A stretch of DNA of 64,000 nucleotides from Candidatus Melainabacteria bacterium 17Bon1m (GCA_032128875.1 JAVLKG010000002.1:800001-864000), one strand, 5' to 3'. Counted from the stretch's first letter, positions 19,011-29,514 are shown. Made by a program: numbers and translations. The notes: generated from the letters alone by a model not told the origin.

Positions 19011-20147
19011 CTACTCTGCGTCTTTTTTGAGCGCGAGCTTTTTCTTGGTGCTCTGCAATCTATTGATTCCATCGCGATCTGTCATGATCAGTAGTCTATC
19101 GCCGACGGAAAGAATCTTTGAGGGAGGCGGGTTCCAATCGAGTTCGCCGCCTGCTTTCTCGTGCATGAGAACCGTGACTTCGTTTTTGTATCGTACGTCA
19201 TCAATCGTTTCTCCAACGAGTGTGCTGTTCGCTTCCACCGTGAGCTGGTAGGCGTTGATGGTAAGACCTCCGAATTCGAAGGAGTCGATGATGTTTTCAC
19301 TGATCGCCGCTTGAGCAAAGAGGCGTCCTGAGCGTGCGGATGAGCTGTAGACGCCGTGAATCCCGAGACTCTTTTGAACTTTCTTCGCCAGCTTCTGGTC
19401 GAACATCCGAATGATGATTTTGATATCCGGGTTATATTCGCGAGCGGTCAAGGCTGTTTCCAGATTGACCATGTCGTCATTTGTGACGCAGATGACTGCC
19501 TTTGCCTTCGCCAGATTGGCGTTTTCCAGTAAGCGCGTGTCTCGGGCGTCACCAAACAAAACAGGTATGTCACTGCCGGCGACTTCGTGTGCAAAGCGTG
19601 ATTCTTTGTCGGCTTCAATGACGACTATCATCTCGTCGAATTGCTTGAGGTGCTGGACGACCCGCACCCCGACGTTGCCCAAACCACAGATTACGATGTG
19701 GTTTTCGAAATTAGCAGCGAGCATTTTTTGCCACTCCGTTGAGTATCGTTTTCTTTGTATCAAGATGTTGCCGAGGTGCACGACACCCTCAGCGATAACC
19801 AGCAAACCGAGCAAAGGCAGGAAGAAGAAAAGCGGCGCCACTCTCCAGTCGTCCGAATAGTTGAGCGGTGTCTCGAAAAACATCATCAACCAGGTGCAGT
19901 ACGCGGTTTGCAGCCACGACATACTGTGGTGCGGCAGGTCTTCTTTTGGGTAATAAAGGAACAGGAGCGTATTGGAGATCGCGAATGTGGTCACCAAAAG
20001 GTAGAAAAAACCGTGAAACTCCTTCCACAAAACCCGAATGAAAAGTACGAAGCGTTTCGCCTTCTTATTGAGCTCGGAAGATGAAACCGTTGGCACAAAC
20101 ACCGTCGACACTGAAAAATGGGAACTTCTGGGCTTCCTGACCGTCAC
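19011..20147 (-). CDS. Potassium channel with TrkA-N/TrkA-C (RCK) domains
   Basis: TM region, HIVICGLGNVG Rossmann motif, GDAR, TNDD..N, C-terminal TrkA-C. Confidence 0.85.
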   Translation of the reverse strand: MTVRKPRSSHFSVSTVFVPTVSSSELNKKAKRFVLFIRVLWKEFHGFFYLLVTTFAISNTLLFLYYPKEDLPHHSMSWLQTAYCTWLMMFFETPLNYSDDWRVAPLFFFLPLLGLLVIAEGVVHLGNILIQRKRYSTEWQKMLAANFENHIVICGLGNVGVRVVQHLKQFDEMIVVIEADKESRFAHEVAGSDIPVLFGDARDTRLLENANLAKAKAVICVTNDDMVNLETALTAREYNPDIKIIIRMFDQKLAKKVQKSLGIHGVYSSSARSGRLFAQAAISENIIDSFEFGGLTINAYQLTVEANSTLVGETIDDVRYKNEVTVLMHEKAGGELDWNPPPSKILSVGDRLLIMTDRDGINRLQSTKKKLALKKDAE

Positions 20148-20279
20148 GTTTTTTTGTAAGTATAGCGGACGCCCATTTTAAATTAGCCCATTTTAATTGT
20201 TTCTCGGAATCCTTGAACAGTTTTCAAACTTTACACATGTAAAGTAGCTGGCGTGTTATTATTTTTCGGCTGTTAACTG

Positions 20280-21032
20280 GTGAATCACATGCAAGTCACC
20301 CCTGCCAGTTTATCGTTCAAGGTTAGAACCTTCTCTTTAGTGCTCGCGCTAATGGTGTTTGGTGCACCGCATGTGGTGCTCGCCGCAGATAAAGTTGGTG
20401 TGGCTACTGACGCGGTGAATGTCGCTGCTGATGCAGTTCATGTAGGTGCTGATGCGGTTCGTGTAGGTGCTGATGCAGTTCGGGTAGCACCGCCTGCTCC
20501 AGTTGTCCATGTGATGAACTTCGAGCAAGTCTCTCCCGCTTTGATGCGTGGCGGAGCTCCCTCGGCTCAAGCGTTGAAGGAACTCAAAGCTGCCGGCGTC
20601 AAAACAATCGTCAATTTGCGAGGCGAGGGCGGAGCGTCCAAAAAGGAAGAGCGCGCGGCCAAAGAAATCGGTCTCGATTACTACAACATTCCTATGGGTT
20701 ATACCGAACCCAACTTGGCGAAAGTCTCAAGTGTTCTCGACATTATGCGCGATCCTGCAAAGCAGCCGGTTTATCTGCACTGCATGCACGGCGCTGACAG
20801 AACAGGCATGATGGTCGGCATTAACAGAATACTTTCAGATGGATGGCGATTCGATAAAGTCTATTCGGAAATGCGCGGGCATCACTTCAAGCCGTTTCTC
20901 ATCCCGATGAGACGCACCGTGCAAGCCTTTGCCAACGGAAAATATACATACGTAGAACGGCAAGGTGTAAGCATTGCGGGTGTTTCGCCAAAATCTTCCA
21001 GCGCGAAGATGGCAGCCGAAAAGCCTTTGTAA
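20280..21032 (+). CDS. Exported cysteine-based protein tyrosine/dual-specificity phosphatase
   Basis: HCMHGADRTG (CX5R) P-loop; NF..V...L.RG..P; signal peptide ending VLA-A. Confidence 0.85.
   Translation: MNHMQVTPASLSFKVRTFSLVLALMVFGAPHVVLAADKVGVATDAVNVAADAVHVGADAVRVGADAVRVAPPAPVVHVMNFEQVSPALMRGGAPSAQALKELKAAGVKTIVNLRGEGGASKKEERAAKEIGLDYYNIPMGYTEPNLAKVSSVLDIMRDPAKQPVYLHCMHGADRTGMMVGINRILSDGWRFDKVYSEMRGHHFKPFLIPMRRTVQAFANGKYTYVERQGVSIAGVSPKSSSAKMAAEKPL
20394..20486 (+). repeat. 21-bp coding tandem repeat (~4.4 copies, VxVxxDA)
   Basis: gttggtgtggctactgacgcg / gtgaatgtcgctgctgatgca / gttcatgtaggtgctgatgcg / gttcgtgtaggtgctgatgca / gttcgggta. Confidence 0.85.
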
Positions 21033-21045
21033 TCTAGCTTTAGGT

Positions 21046-21564
21046 TCAGTTGTTGCCCTTAGCTTTTACGTCGTTCCAAAGTGCTTGTTCGTCGTAAGTG
21101 TCTGCGTTGGACACTTCGTTGGGCCCGAATTCTCGGATAACTGAATTGCGCCTGTTTTGCTCAAGCGACATCATGCCCGGATCTAGGTCATACAGCCTAT
21201 AGAGCGGATCCAGCGAAGTATGCATCTGCGCCAGAATGCTTTCCACTTCCGTGCCAATCAGCTGAAACGCCGCCTTGGCTTGCGGGGTGCTTGCATGTGT
21301 ATCTATATCGTCAGCCAGGCGAACTAAACGGTCGGTTTCCTTGACCAACTTCGTAAGCAGCTGCAGAACAGAAATATCTGTCGTGCGGTTATCTTCGATC
21401 ATCGGCACTTCCTCTTCTCCTATTAAATCACCTGTGGACAAAGGACAACAGCACTTAATTGAAGTACTGAGAACTTCTCTGAATATTTGACCGGTGCATT
21501 TAATTCTGCGATCATAGCCGCCAGTGAGGCATTTAAGCCGTAACAGGCGGCGTTTGCGCGCCAC
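21046..21564 (-). CDS. Hypothetical helical protein (true start probably downstream)
   Basis: Protein-like C-terminal ~120 aa. Confidence 0.5.
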   Translation of the reverse strand: MARKRRLLRLKCLTGGYDRRIKCTGQIFREVLSTSIKCCCPLSTGDLIGEEEVPMIEDNRTTDISVLQLLTKLVKETDRLVRLADDIDTHASTPQAKAAFQLIGTEVESILAQMHTSLDPLYRLYDLDPGMMSLEQNRRNSVIREFGPNEVSNADTYDEQALWNDVKAKGNN

Positions 21565-21605
21565 ACTCTATTTGAGCTTGCCCAAGAATTCTTCACGAAT
21601 AACGG

Positions 21606-22631
21606 ATGATTGAATCCACCCATACCGCGGTAAATACGCCCCTCCTTGAAATCCAGGGCTTGAAGACTGTCTTCCCGACTGAAAATGGGTTGGCGGTTGC
21701 TGTTGACGATCTTGGCTTTTCGGTGCAAAAGGGCTCTGTGCTTGGCATCGTCGGCGAGTCCGGCTGCGGCAAGTCAATTACATCGCTTTCTGTGCTTCGG
21801 CTTGTGCCGCCACCGGGACGGATTGTGTCCGGAAAAATACTTTTTGAAGGTCGTGACCTCTTGACCTTGAGTGAGGCGCAGATGCGCACGGTGCGCGGCA
21901 ATCAGATAGCGCTGATCCCGCAAGATCCGATGACATCGCTCAATCCCGTCTATACGGTGGGAGAGCAAATTATGGAGGCGATTGAGCTGCATCAGAAAGT
22001 CGGTAAAAAAGAAGCCAGGCAGCGTGCCATCGAAGTGCTCGATCAGGTTCGTATTCCGCAAGCTGCATCGCGTATTGATGACTATCCGCATCACTTTTCC
22101 GGTGGAATGCGTCAGCGCGTCATGATTGCTATGGCACTGTCCTGCAATCCAAAATTGCTGATTGCGGACGAACCAACTACGGCGCTGGATGTGACTGTGC
22201 AAGCGCAAATCTTGGAACTGCTGCGAACTATTCAGCGCGAACACGGTATGTCGATTCTTTTAATCACTCACGATCTTGGTGTGGTGGCTGAGATGTGCGA
22301 CAACGTTGCGGTGATGTACGCGGGCTCAGTTGTTGAAATGACCGGTGTGAACGAGCTTTTCAAAAACCCCCTTCATCCGTATACGATCGGATTGATGAAT
22401 TCCTTGCCGCGCCCCGGACACAAGCGACTGACACCTATTCAAGGCCAGCCGCCCAGCTTGGTGGATTTACCTAAGGGTTGTCGCTTTGCCGATCGCTGCC
22501 TTTTGGTCGAGCCGAAGAGCCGTGAGGCTGTTCCGCCGCTCGAAGAAAAAGCGCCAGGACATTTTGTCCGCTGCGCAGTTGTTACAGGACCCACTACTGA
22601 CGTTCGACTACTTCCACAAGAGGTGCATTGA
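21606..22631 (+). CDS. oppD: Oligopeptide/dipeptide ABC transporter ATP-binding subunit
   Basis: GESGCGKS Walker [21 protein letters not shown] and C-terminal GCRF..RC motif. Confidence 0.93.
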   Translation: MIESTHTAVNTPLLEIQGLKTVFPTENGLAVAVDDLGFSVQKGSVLGIVGESGCGKSITSLSVLRLVPPPGRIVSGKILFEGRDLLTLSEAQMRTVRGNQIALIPQDPMTSLNPVYTVGEQIMEAIELHQKVGKKEARQRAIEVLDQVRIPQAASRIDDYPHHFSGGMRQRVMIAMALSCNPKLLIADEPTTALDVTVQAQILELLRTIQREHGMSILLITHDLGVVAEMCDNVAVMYAGSVVEMTGVNELFKNPLHPYTIGLMNSLPRPGHKRLTPIQGQPPSLVDLPKGCRFADRCLLVEPKSREAVPPLEEKAPGHFVRCAVVTGPTTDVRLLPQEVH

Positions 22632-22632
22632 G

Positions 22633-24360
22633 ATGGCCAGCCAGAGCGCGACCAAAACGAAAAAGACAGCCCCGGCACCCGAGAGAAAGAAAGTTATGGC
22701 ACCAAAAGATATTTTCCGCATCCCAACAACCGCGCAAATTAGACGGCTCGAGTCCGACTGGATCGCTAAATGCGATCCCAACTGGGGACAGGTTCTTATG
22801 GAAGTCGCGGGACGCGGTGCGGCCGAAGCTGCCTTTGAAGTTTGGGAGCAACGTAACGAAACGCAGAAGGGCTCAGTCGCTATCTTTTGTGGGCGTGGAA
22901 ATAATGGCGGCGACGGTTTGGTAGTCGCCCGTTACCTGCATCTCTGGGGTGTCCCGGTTCACGTTTGGGTTGTGGGAAACACCAAAGGCCGCGGCGCTCA
23001 AGCAGACCAGGCGATGACAACTGTTGAGAGCAGCACAAATAGAGATATCTTGAAAAAGATGGGCGTCGAAGTGCGTTCGTTTTCTTCCGATCTTTCCTCG
23101 AATTTTTTCGACACGTCTGACGGCAAACAGTTGTCGTCGAGCGTCACGGTAATTGTCGACGCACTCTTAGGAACAGGAATCGATCGAGATGTAGATGCTG
23201 TCTTCATGCATGCCATCGAGATGATCAATGGCAGCGATGCCACTGTTATCGCGGTCGATCTTCCATCCGGCATTCATTCTGATACCGGGCAAGTTATGGG
23301 CGCTGCTGTAAGAGCGCACGCCACTATTACTTTTGGAAACGTAAAACCTGCATTGATCAATCACCCAGGCGCGGAGTATGCCGGCGAACTGCGTGTCATC
23401 GATATTGGATTGCCAGAAGCTGCGCTCGAGAAGCCGACTATTCATTTGACGTCGGTGGAATTGGTAAACGACTTGTTGCCGAAGCGTCCAGCTAATTCGC
23501 ACAAAGGCTCGTTCGGTTATCTTCTCACCATCGCAGGCAGTCTGGGGATGTCCGGCGCGACAATGCTTGCCACCGAGAGTTCTCTCAAGGTTGGAACAGG
23601 CCTATGCGTTTTGGCTACGCCATCATCTCTGGTGCCGCACCTGCCTCCCAAGGAAGTCATCTATCGTCCGATTGCGGAGACAGATGAAACTACAATCGCG
23701 CCGAAAGCACTTTGGGATCTGGAAAAGGACCTTGATAAAGCGACAGCAGTGGTGCTTGGACCAGGACTTTCTACCAATGAAGAAACCGTTTCCTTTGTTC
23801 AGAAGTTCATGTCAAAGGTAATGGATCGCTCCACTGAAGTTCCGTGCTTAATTGATGCCGACGGTCTGAATTGCATTGCTGAAAACACAAAGGTTTTCCC
23901 TGAAGATGCAAAACATATTGTCATAACGCCGCATCCAAAGGAGCTGGCGCGTTTGCTTGATGAATCAACCTCTGAGATTCAAAAGGATCGTATCGCTTCG
24001 GCTACTAAGGCTGCCGCCGAATTCGGCTGCATTGTCGTTCTCAAAGGAGCGCACTCAGTAATTGCAGATCCTGATGGAAACGTCTTTATCAATCCAACCG
24101 GCAACCCAGGAATGTCTACAGCCGGATGCGGTGATGTCCTTTCCGGCATTATCGGCGGACTTTTGGCTCAAGGCGTAGAACCCTTTGATGCTGCAGTTGC
24201 CGGTGTCTATTTGCACGGACGTGCAGGCGACATCGCCGCGCACTCCCTCGGCGAAGCCTCTGTGACCGCCGGAAATATCGTAGAAAGTATCCCCGATGCA
24301 TTGCTGAGCATCCACGACGAACTTGTCAGCGACCTGGAAGCGATGTTCGAGCCCATGTGA
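22633..24360 (+). CDS. nnr: Bifunctional NAD(P)H-hydrate epimerase/dehydratase (NnrE-NnrD)
   Basis: LME.AG, GRGNNGGDG, DALLGTG, VDLPSG; HKG..G, GPGL, IDADGL, TPHPKE, TAGCGDVLSG. Start moved to ATG 22633. Confidence 0.95.
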   Translation: MASQSATKTKKTAPAPERKKVMAPKDIFRIPTTAQIRRLESDWIAKCDPNWGQVLMEVAGRGAAEAAFEVWEQRNETQKGSVAIFCGRGNNGGDGLVVARYLHLWGVPVHVWVVGNTKGRGAQADQAMTTVESSTNRDILKKMGVEVRSFSSDLSSNFFDTSDGKQLSSSVTVIVDALLGTGIDRDVDAVFMHAIEMINGSDATVIAVDLPSGIHSDTGQVMGAAVRAHATITFGNVKPALINHPGAEYAGELRVIDIGLPEAALEKPTIHLTSVELVNDLLPKRPANSHKGSFGYLLTIAGSLGMSGATMLATESSLKVGTGLCVLATPSSLVPHLPPKEVIYRPIAETDETTIAPKALWDLEKDLDKATAVVLGPGLSTNEETVSFVQKFMSKVMDRSTEVPCLIDADGLNCIAENTKVFPEDAKHIVITPHPKELARLLDESTSEIQKDRIASATKAAAEFGCIVVLKGAHSVIADPDGNVFINPTGNPGMSTAGCGDVLSGIIGGLLAQGVEPFDAAVAGVYLHGRAGDIAAHSLGEASVTAGNIVESIPDALLSIHDELVSDLEAMFEPM

Positions 24361-24414
24361 GTCGGCAGCACTTTGCAGGGGGCAGAAACTTTTGACCAAG
24401 GCGACTTTCCATTA

Positions 24415-24517
24415 GAAGGTTAATCGTTATCGGTTTACCTTCCAAAAAAAAGAAGTTAAACCGATAACGGTTTTCCTTCCACTGAACCGGAAGTTTATTC
24501 GTTAACGATTAAACTTC
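24415..24517. repeat. Three tandem 28-bp palindromic elements
   Basis: 24415 GAAGGTTAATC-GTTATC-GGTTTACCTTC; 24452 GAAGTTAAACC-GATAAC-GGTTTTCCTTC; 24490 GAAGTTTATTC-GTTAAC-GATTAAACTTC. Confidence 0.9.
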
Positions 24518-24540
24518 TGCGAAATTGTCGAGCGCCTGGC

Positions 24541-25215
24541 TCAATTTTGGCGAAATTTATAGCCCACACCGTGGACGTTTTCGATATGGGAAGGTTGTCC
24601 TTCAGAGTCGATTTTTCTGCGTAGTCTGAGCACCGATGTTCTGACTGTTTCACCTGACGCACCAGCTTCCGACTTCCATACCAGATTGATGAGCGCGTCT
24701 GTCGAATGAACGACTCCGGGTTTGCGCATAAGCACTTCGAGCAAGGAGAATTCTTGCGGAAACAGTTTTACAAGCTCGCCATTTTTCCAAAGCTCATGTT
24801 TGGCAACATCCAGTTCCAAATCGCCACTGCTGAGAACCTCGCTAACCATTTGCGATGGGCGGCGCATCAATGCTCTTAGCCTTGCAGATAGTTCTCGAAT
24901 CTGGAAAGGTTTTGTCAGATAGTCATCGGCGCCGCCGTCTAGTCCTTGCTCTTTATCAGACATGTCTGATCTGCCTGTGAGCATCAGAATGGGGGTTGTG
25001 CCTCCGCCTTTGCGGAATTCCTTTATCAAATCGATACCGACGCCGTCCGGCAAGCCCCAGTCAAGAACGACAGCGTCATAGGTATAGCTTGAAAGCATGG
25101 CTTTTCCATCGGCATAGGTCGAAACCACGTCTACCTTGTGGTGTTCGTGAGTGAGCCATTTTTCGATAACGTCTGCCTGGTGGTCGTCGTCTTCAACGAC
25201 TAAGATTTTCGTCAT
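24541..25215 (-). CDS. OmpR-family response regulator
   Basis: KILVVEDD, LDWGLP, GADDYLTKPF, winged-helix ENVHGVGY; start at ATG (MTKIL). Confidence 0.95.
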   Translation of the reverse strand: MTKILVVEDDDHQADVIEKWLTHEHHKVDVVSTYADGKAMLSSYTYDAVVLDWGLPDGVGIDLIKEFRKGGGTTPILMLTGRSDMSDKEQGLDGGADDYLTKPFQIRELSARLRALMRRPSQMVSEVLSSGDLELDVAKHELWKNGELVKLFPQEFSLLEVLMRKPGVVHSTDALINLVWKSEAGASGETVRTSVLRLRRKIDSEGQPSHIENVHGVGYKFRQN

Positions 25216-25327
25216 AGCAAGATTGTCAGCATCCGGTATTGGTGACACCTGGCGCCATTTTAGCACTATAATTGGATGCAAAGAAAAGCTGCAAATGAGC
25301 GCCCCGTCTGGCGGCGAGGTTTAAAGA

Positions 25328-27217
25328 GTGAAGTGGAAGCTGACACTAAGGCAAAAGGGTCTGCTCGTCGTTGCATTTTTGCTTGGCTTCGAACTGGTTC
25401 TTCTTGGCGGCTTCAGTTATTTACTGCATGATGCCCAAATGCAAATTGACCGTTTGCAGCATGCTCAGCAAGTCATTTCCAGTTTGCAAAGGCTTTCGAC
25501 TCTGAGAGAAAAGTCTACAAATGGATTGATAGTTCAAATTCAGTTTTACAAAGATCCACCCGGAACACGTCGCTACTACGAGACTTTTCAAAAGCATGTA
25601 GATGGAGTGCCGGGAGAATTAGCGACCCTGCACGAGCTACTCAAAGATGATTCAGTGAATCGGTTCAAAGCGGAGGAACTCGAACGCGTTTGTCGCGCGG
25701 GCATGGATGCAATTCAGGAAGAGCGAAAGATCTACTCGATGAAGGAGTCCCTGCAGGAGAAAATCATCATCGCACGCTTGTCCAGCGTCATGTTTCATGC
25801 ATCACGACTGACAGACAATTTAGTCGACTACTACACGAAAATCGAAAAGGATATTTCGCCAATTGAAGAACAGTCACGCGCGCGCTTGGAGCAAGCGGTA
25901 TGGGCGATTATGGTTCTGAACATTGGACTCGCGATCGCAGTAGGGCAATTATTTGTGCGTGGTATCACAAGACGCCTGGCAGTCCTGACGGAGAACAGTC
26001 ACAAGCTGGCAGCCGGAATACCTCTTAATCCGGCAATGGTTGGATATGACGAAATCGCCGTTCTCGACAATGTTTTCCATCGAATGGCTGGAACTTTGGC
26101 AGAATCTGCAAGGAAAGAGCGCGCGATTATCGAGCATGCCGTTGACGTGATTTGTTCGATTGACTCAGACCTCAAATTTCTCGCTGTAAATCCTGCAGCA
26201 GAGACTGTTCTTGGCTATAAACCAGAAGAGATGATTGGAACGCGTTGCGTCGAATATGTGCTTGCTGAGGAGAAAGAAAAGACGACTGCGGCGCTGAAAA
26301 ATATTATTCGAGATCAAGCCGTTCATCAGCTTGAGACTCGTCTGGTCCAAAAAAATGGCTCTGTGATCGATGTACTTTGGTCTATGCAATGGTCGGCGGA
26401 AGAACATGCGCTGTTTTGTGTTGTCCACGATATTTCCGGAAGCAAGGAAATCGAGCGCATGAAACAAGAGTTCATTTCGATGGTCAGCCATGATCTGCGC
26501 ACGCCACTTTCTGCAATTCAGGGCTCTATTGAGCTTTTCAAAGAAGGCATGTACGACTCCAAGGATGAAGCGGGTAAGAGTGCCCTGCAAAAAATGTATC
26601 TGAGCACTAATCGCCTTTTGAGTCTGGTCAACGATCTTCTCGATATCGAAAAGTTGGAAGCGGGCAAAATGGTCAAAGATTTGAGACGTACTGACCTCAA
26701 TGAAGTGATCAAAAAATCGATTGGTTCAGTCGCAGGATTTGCGGAGGTGCATGAAGTCACTATCTCTTATCGCGAACAAGAGATTTTCGTCCTGGCGGAT
26801 GAAGATCGTCTCGTCCAAGCCGTAGTCAACCTGCTGTCCAATGCAATCAAGTTTTCACGAACTCCGTCAACGGTCTGCGTCGAAACAGAGATCATAAAGG
26901 ACGAAGATTCCGGTGATATTCAGCCTTGCTGTGAAGTGCGCATCGTCGACTTCGGGCGCGGAATCAGCGAAGACAAGGTGAAGTCCCTTTTTCAGCGCTA
27001 TAGCCAAGCAGAGAAAAGCGACAATAAGCGCGGCGTCGGAACAGGCTTGGGGTTAGCAATTTCCAAAGCGATTGTCGAATGTCACAACGGAACAATCGGT
27101 GTCAGTAGCAAAGTGGATGAAGGGTCCACCTTCTGGTTTCGAATTCCTTTGTTTGATGGTCCCGAAAGCCAGTCTGGCTCCAGACCTGTGGCTGTAAAGA
27201 TGCAGTCGGGCAATTAA
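25328..27217 (+). CDS. Sensor histidine kinase (periplasmic sensor, HAMP, PAS, HisKA, HATPase)
   Basis: Two TMs, DEI, NPAAE..LGY, SHDLRTPL, NLLSNAIKF, GTGLGL. Confidence 0.95.
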   Translation: MKWKLTLRQKGLLVVAFLLGFELVLLGGFSYLLHDAQMQIDRLQHAQQVISSLQRLSTLREKSTNGLIVQIQFYKDPPGTRRYYETFQKHVDGVPGELATLHELLKDDSVNRFKAEELERVCRAGMDAIQEERKIYSMKESLQEKIIIARLSSVMFHASRLTDNLVDYYTKIEKDISPIEEQSRARLEQAVWAIMVLNIGLAIAVGQLFVRGITRRLAVLTENSHKLAAGIPLNPAMVGYDEIAVLDNVFHRMAGTLAESARKERAIIEHAVDVICSIDSDLKFLAVNPAAETVLGYKPEEMIGTRCVEYVLAEEKEKTTAALKNIIRDQAVHQLETRLVQKNGSVIDVLWSMQWSAEEHALFCVVHDISGSKEIERMKQEFISMVSHDLRTPLSAIQGSIELFKEGMYDSKDEAGKSALQKMYLSTNRLLSLVNDLLDIEKLEAGKMVKDLRRTDLNEVIKKSIGSVAGFAEVHEVTISYREQEIFVLADEDRLVQAVVNLLSNAIKFSRTPSTVCVETEIIKDEDSGDIQPCCEVRIVDFGRGISEDKVKSLFQRYSQAEKSDNKRGVGTGLGLAISKAIVECHNGTIGVSSKVDEGSTFWFRIPLFDGPESQSGSRPVAVKMQSGN

Positions 27218-27223
27218 CCGATA

Positions 27224-27251
27224 GAAGGTTAACCGATAACGATTTACCTTC
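27224..27251. repeat. 28-bp palindromic element
   Basis: GAAGGTTAACC-GATAAC-GATTTACCTTC. Confidence 0.9.
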
Positions 27252-27378
27252 TATGGCATGGTTGTCATTAATTTGTCATTACCGTCGAGATAGATTCAGG
27301 GTACCCCCGGACACATAAAAGCGAGCTACTGGCGCCGGCTAGTGTCGGGCTTTCCCCTTCTAATCAGGCGAGAATGCC

Positions 27379-29514
27379 ATGGAATGCAACGACGGTTTTG
27401 AGATAAAGGTTGGCGAAACGTGTGTGCCGGCGCTTTTGTTTGACCCGCAGCTGATGTGCCGAGTAGAGGAGGCGGACAAACGCCCTTCGCCGTTTCTCCC
27501 AAGCTGTCAAATTGTGGAAACTTGCTCTCCTTCTACAGCTGCTAATCAGTGCACGCAGATAGTACCCGAGCGCAATAATGCAGAATGCACCGTAAAAGAA
27601 TCTTCGGATACTTGGGGCAGAAAGCGTGTTGATGAGACTAACTGCGGTCAATCTCAGCCGTACAAAATTACGATCACGCCGCCAGGCAGCAAGCCGATCG
27701 AGTTTAATTTTAACGGCGAGGAGTATCGTGCTCCGTATAAGAATGAGAAAGGCGAGAACATCGGATACATCGCATATTCCTTGCCTAAGGAATACATCTA
27801 CTACCATAACGATAAAGCGAAAACATCATTTCTCGACATGAAAGACGGTACGCATGTAGTAAAGAAAATTCGCTCTGACTCGGATTATGTCACTACATTT
27901 ACTCATGACGGAAAAACGTTTTTTACTCAAAAGGCGTCCTCTAAAGGCAGAACAGATATGGCGACTTATGCCGATGGAAGTGTTCGCGTTGCACAATACG
28001 ACGGTGACGAGAAACTGACGAAGCAGACGATTACGCACAAGGACGGAACAGTAACTTCACTTGTCAGAGCGAAAGATGGATCTCTTGAAGGCACGCGCAG
28101 AGATAAGCACAATAGAGTTATCGAGGATGTCGTGATGGTCTCCGACTATCCGATGCACAAGCCGGGAAGCGATGATCCAGATGCAGATTATCTGGTCTTT
28201 CGTAATCGCAAAGACGGAGAAATGAGAGCTGTCGCGATGCCGACTGATATCAAATACGACCGCAATGCGCAGTTTCAACCGCTTTCTTACGATTCTAACC
28301 TTGGCACCTTGTCGCTGGTAAACAAAGACGGCAATACGATAGTTGAGTCCAGTCAAGGACGGACCGAAGTGCGTGCAAAGAACGGCACTGTTATTGGTTC
28401 GACAGTCAGCGGCGAATTGTCCTTTTCTTGGCCGGATGGAGATGCCAGCGGAAAGAAAGCATTGGTCGTTCGACCGGATCTTTGTGGCGCGCAATTGAAT
28501 CAAGATGATACTGTTGATCGCTGGTGTCGTGAAATTGAAGATAAAGCGCTCAATGAAAAATTGGAGCCTACGGAAAAGGCGTTTCTGAAGGCGCATGCCG
28601 ACGTAGTCGACACTCGGGACTTCCTAGAAATTCACCGTCGTTTTCGTGGCGACGAAACTAAACTGCGCAATTTCTATTCCAAGTTGTCTGAAATAGATAC
28701 GGTTACAGGATTGAGTCAGAAAGAGAAGAATGCACTCTGCAAAAATCTGATGCATCATGTTGCTCACCCTGAGGAAGTAGTGCAAGGACGTTCTCCAACG
28801 TGCAACGTCGCTGTACTGCAGATCGAGATGGCAAAAGAGCGTCCGACTGAATATGCGGATTTTGTGATTGATGCACTTAAGGCAGATGGAAAACCTTATA
28901 AGGCGATTGGTGGCAAGACTGTTCGTTTTGACGAAGCCAATCTGAAGATGACCGACTTGAGTGGTAGAGACCTTGCCAGTCGTGTATTCCAAACTGCCGC
29001 ACTGCAACTAAATTTCTATCCAGGCGTATTCAAAAACACCGTTGATGGCACGGGCAAGCATGGGCGCGCACAAAAGGAATTTGATGGTCTCAACACCGCA
29101 AATATCGCTGAGCTTCGTTATCAGCTGACCGGCGAAGAAACCGGTGAATGCTGGATTTCATCAGCAGAGGATTTGGAAAAGGCATTGCAGGTAAATGGTG
29201 GCAAACCCGTTGTTATCCGAGTGAACGGAGACCAACCTCCGTTTACCAAAGAGGAAGACAAATCCGACAAAAAAGGTTCCGGCTCTCACGTCGTTATTTT
29301 GAATAGCGTTGAAAGTGGAACACCCAAGCAAGCAAAAATCAGCAATCCATGGGGACCAAAAGCCGGTCCGGACGGCAATGGCTTGACCATGTCGATTGAC
29401 GATCTCTTCAAAAATATGCAGTTTGATACTGAAACAGAATTTGGCATATTGCTCTTGCCAGGAAAGCGCGGAACAACCGGCACAATCGTCAATGGAAAAT
29501 ATGAGCCGCTTTAA
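27379..29514 (+). CDS. Large protein with C-terminal papain-like cysteine protease domain
   Basis: QGRSPTCNV (Q six residues before C), GSHVV, SNPWG; N-terminal beta-rich xxKDGT repeats. Confidence 0.7.
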   Translation: MECNDGFEIKVGETCVPALLFDPQLMCRVEEADKRPSPFLPSCQIVETCSPSTAANQCTQIVPERNNAECTVKESSDTWGRKRVDETNCGQSQPYKITITPPGSKPIEFNFNGEEYRAPYKNEKGENIGYIAYSLPKEYIYYHNDKAKTSFLDMKDGTHVVKKIRSDSDYVTTFTHDGKTFFTQKASSKGRTDMATYADGSVRVAQYDGDEKLTKQTITHKDGTVTSLVRAKDGSLEGTRRDKHNRVIEDVVMVSDYPMHKPGSDDPDADYLVFRNRKDGEMRAVAMPTDIKYDRNAQFQPLSYDSNLGTLSLVNKDGNTIVESSQGRTEVRAKNGTVIGSTVSGELSFSWPDGDASGKKALVVRPDLCGAQLNQDDTVDRWCREIEDKALNEKLEPTEKAFLKAHADVVDTRDFLEIHRRFRGDETKLRNFYSKLSEIDTVTGLSQKEKNALCKNLMHHVAHPEEVVQGRSPTCNVAVLQIEMAKERPTEYADFVIDALKADGKPYKAIGGKTVRFDEANLKMTDLSGRDLASRVFQTAALQLNFYPGVFKNTVDGTGKHGRAQKEFDGLNTANIAELRYQLTGEETGECWISSAEDLEKALQVNGGKPVVIRVNGDQPPFTKEEDKSDKKGSGSHVVILNSVESGTPKQAKISNPWGPKAGPDGNGLTMSIDDLFKNMQFDTETEFGILLLPGKRGTTGTIVNGKYEPL

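Noticed and set aside
24415-24517. Mini-CRISPR from three 28-bp palindromes
   Set aside because: Gaps are only 9-10 bp, copies differ in sequence and orientation, and single copies are dispersed elsewhere.
25931-25938. Cyanobacterial HIP1 octamer GCGATCGC
   Set aside because: Only an isolated occurrence noticed; no visible enrichment (not formally counted).
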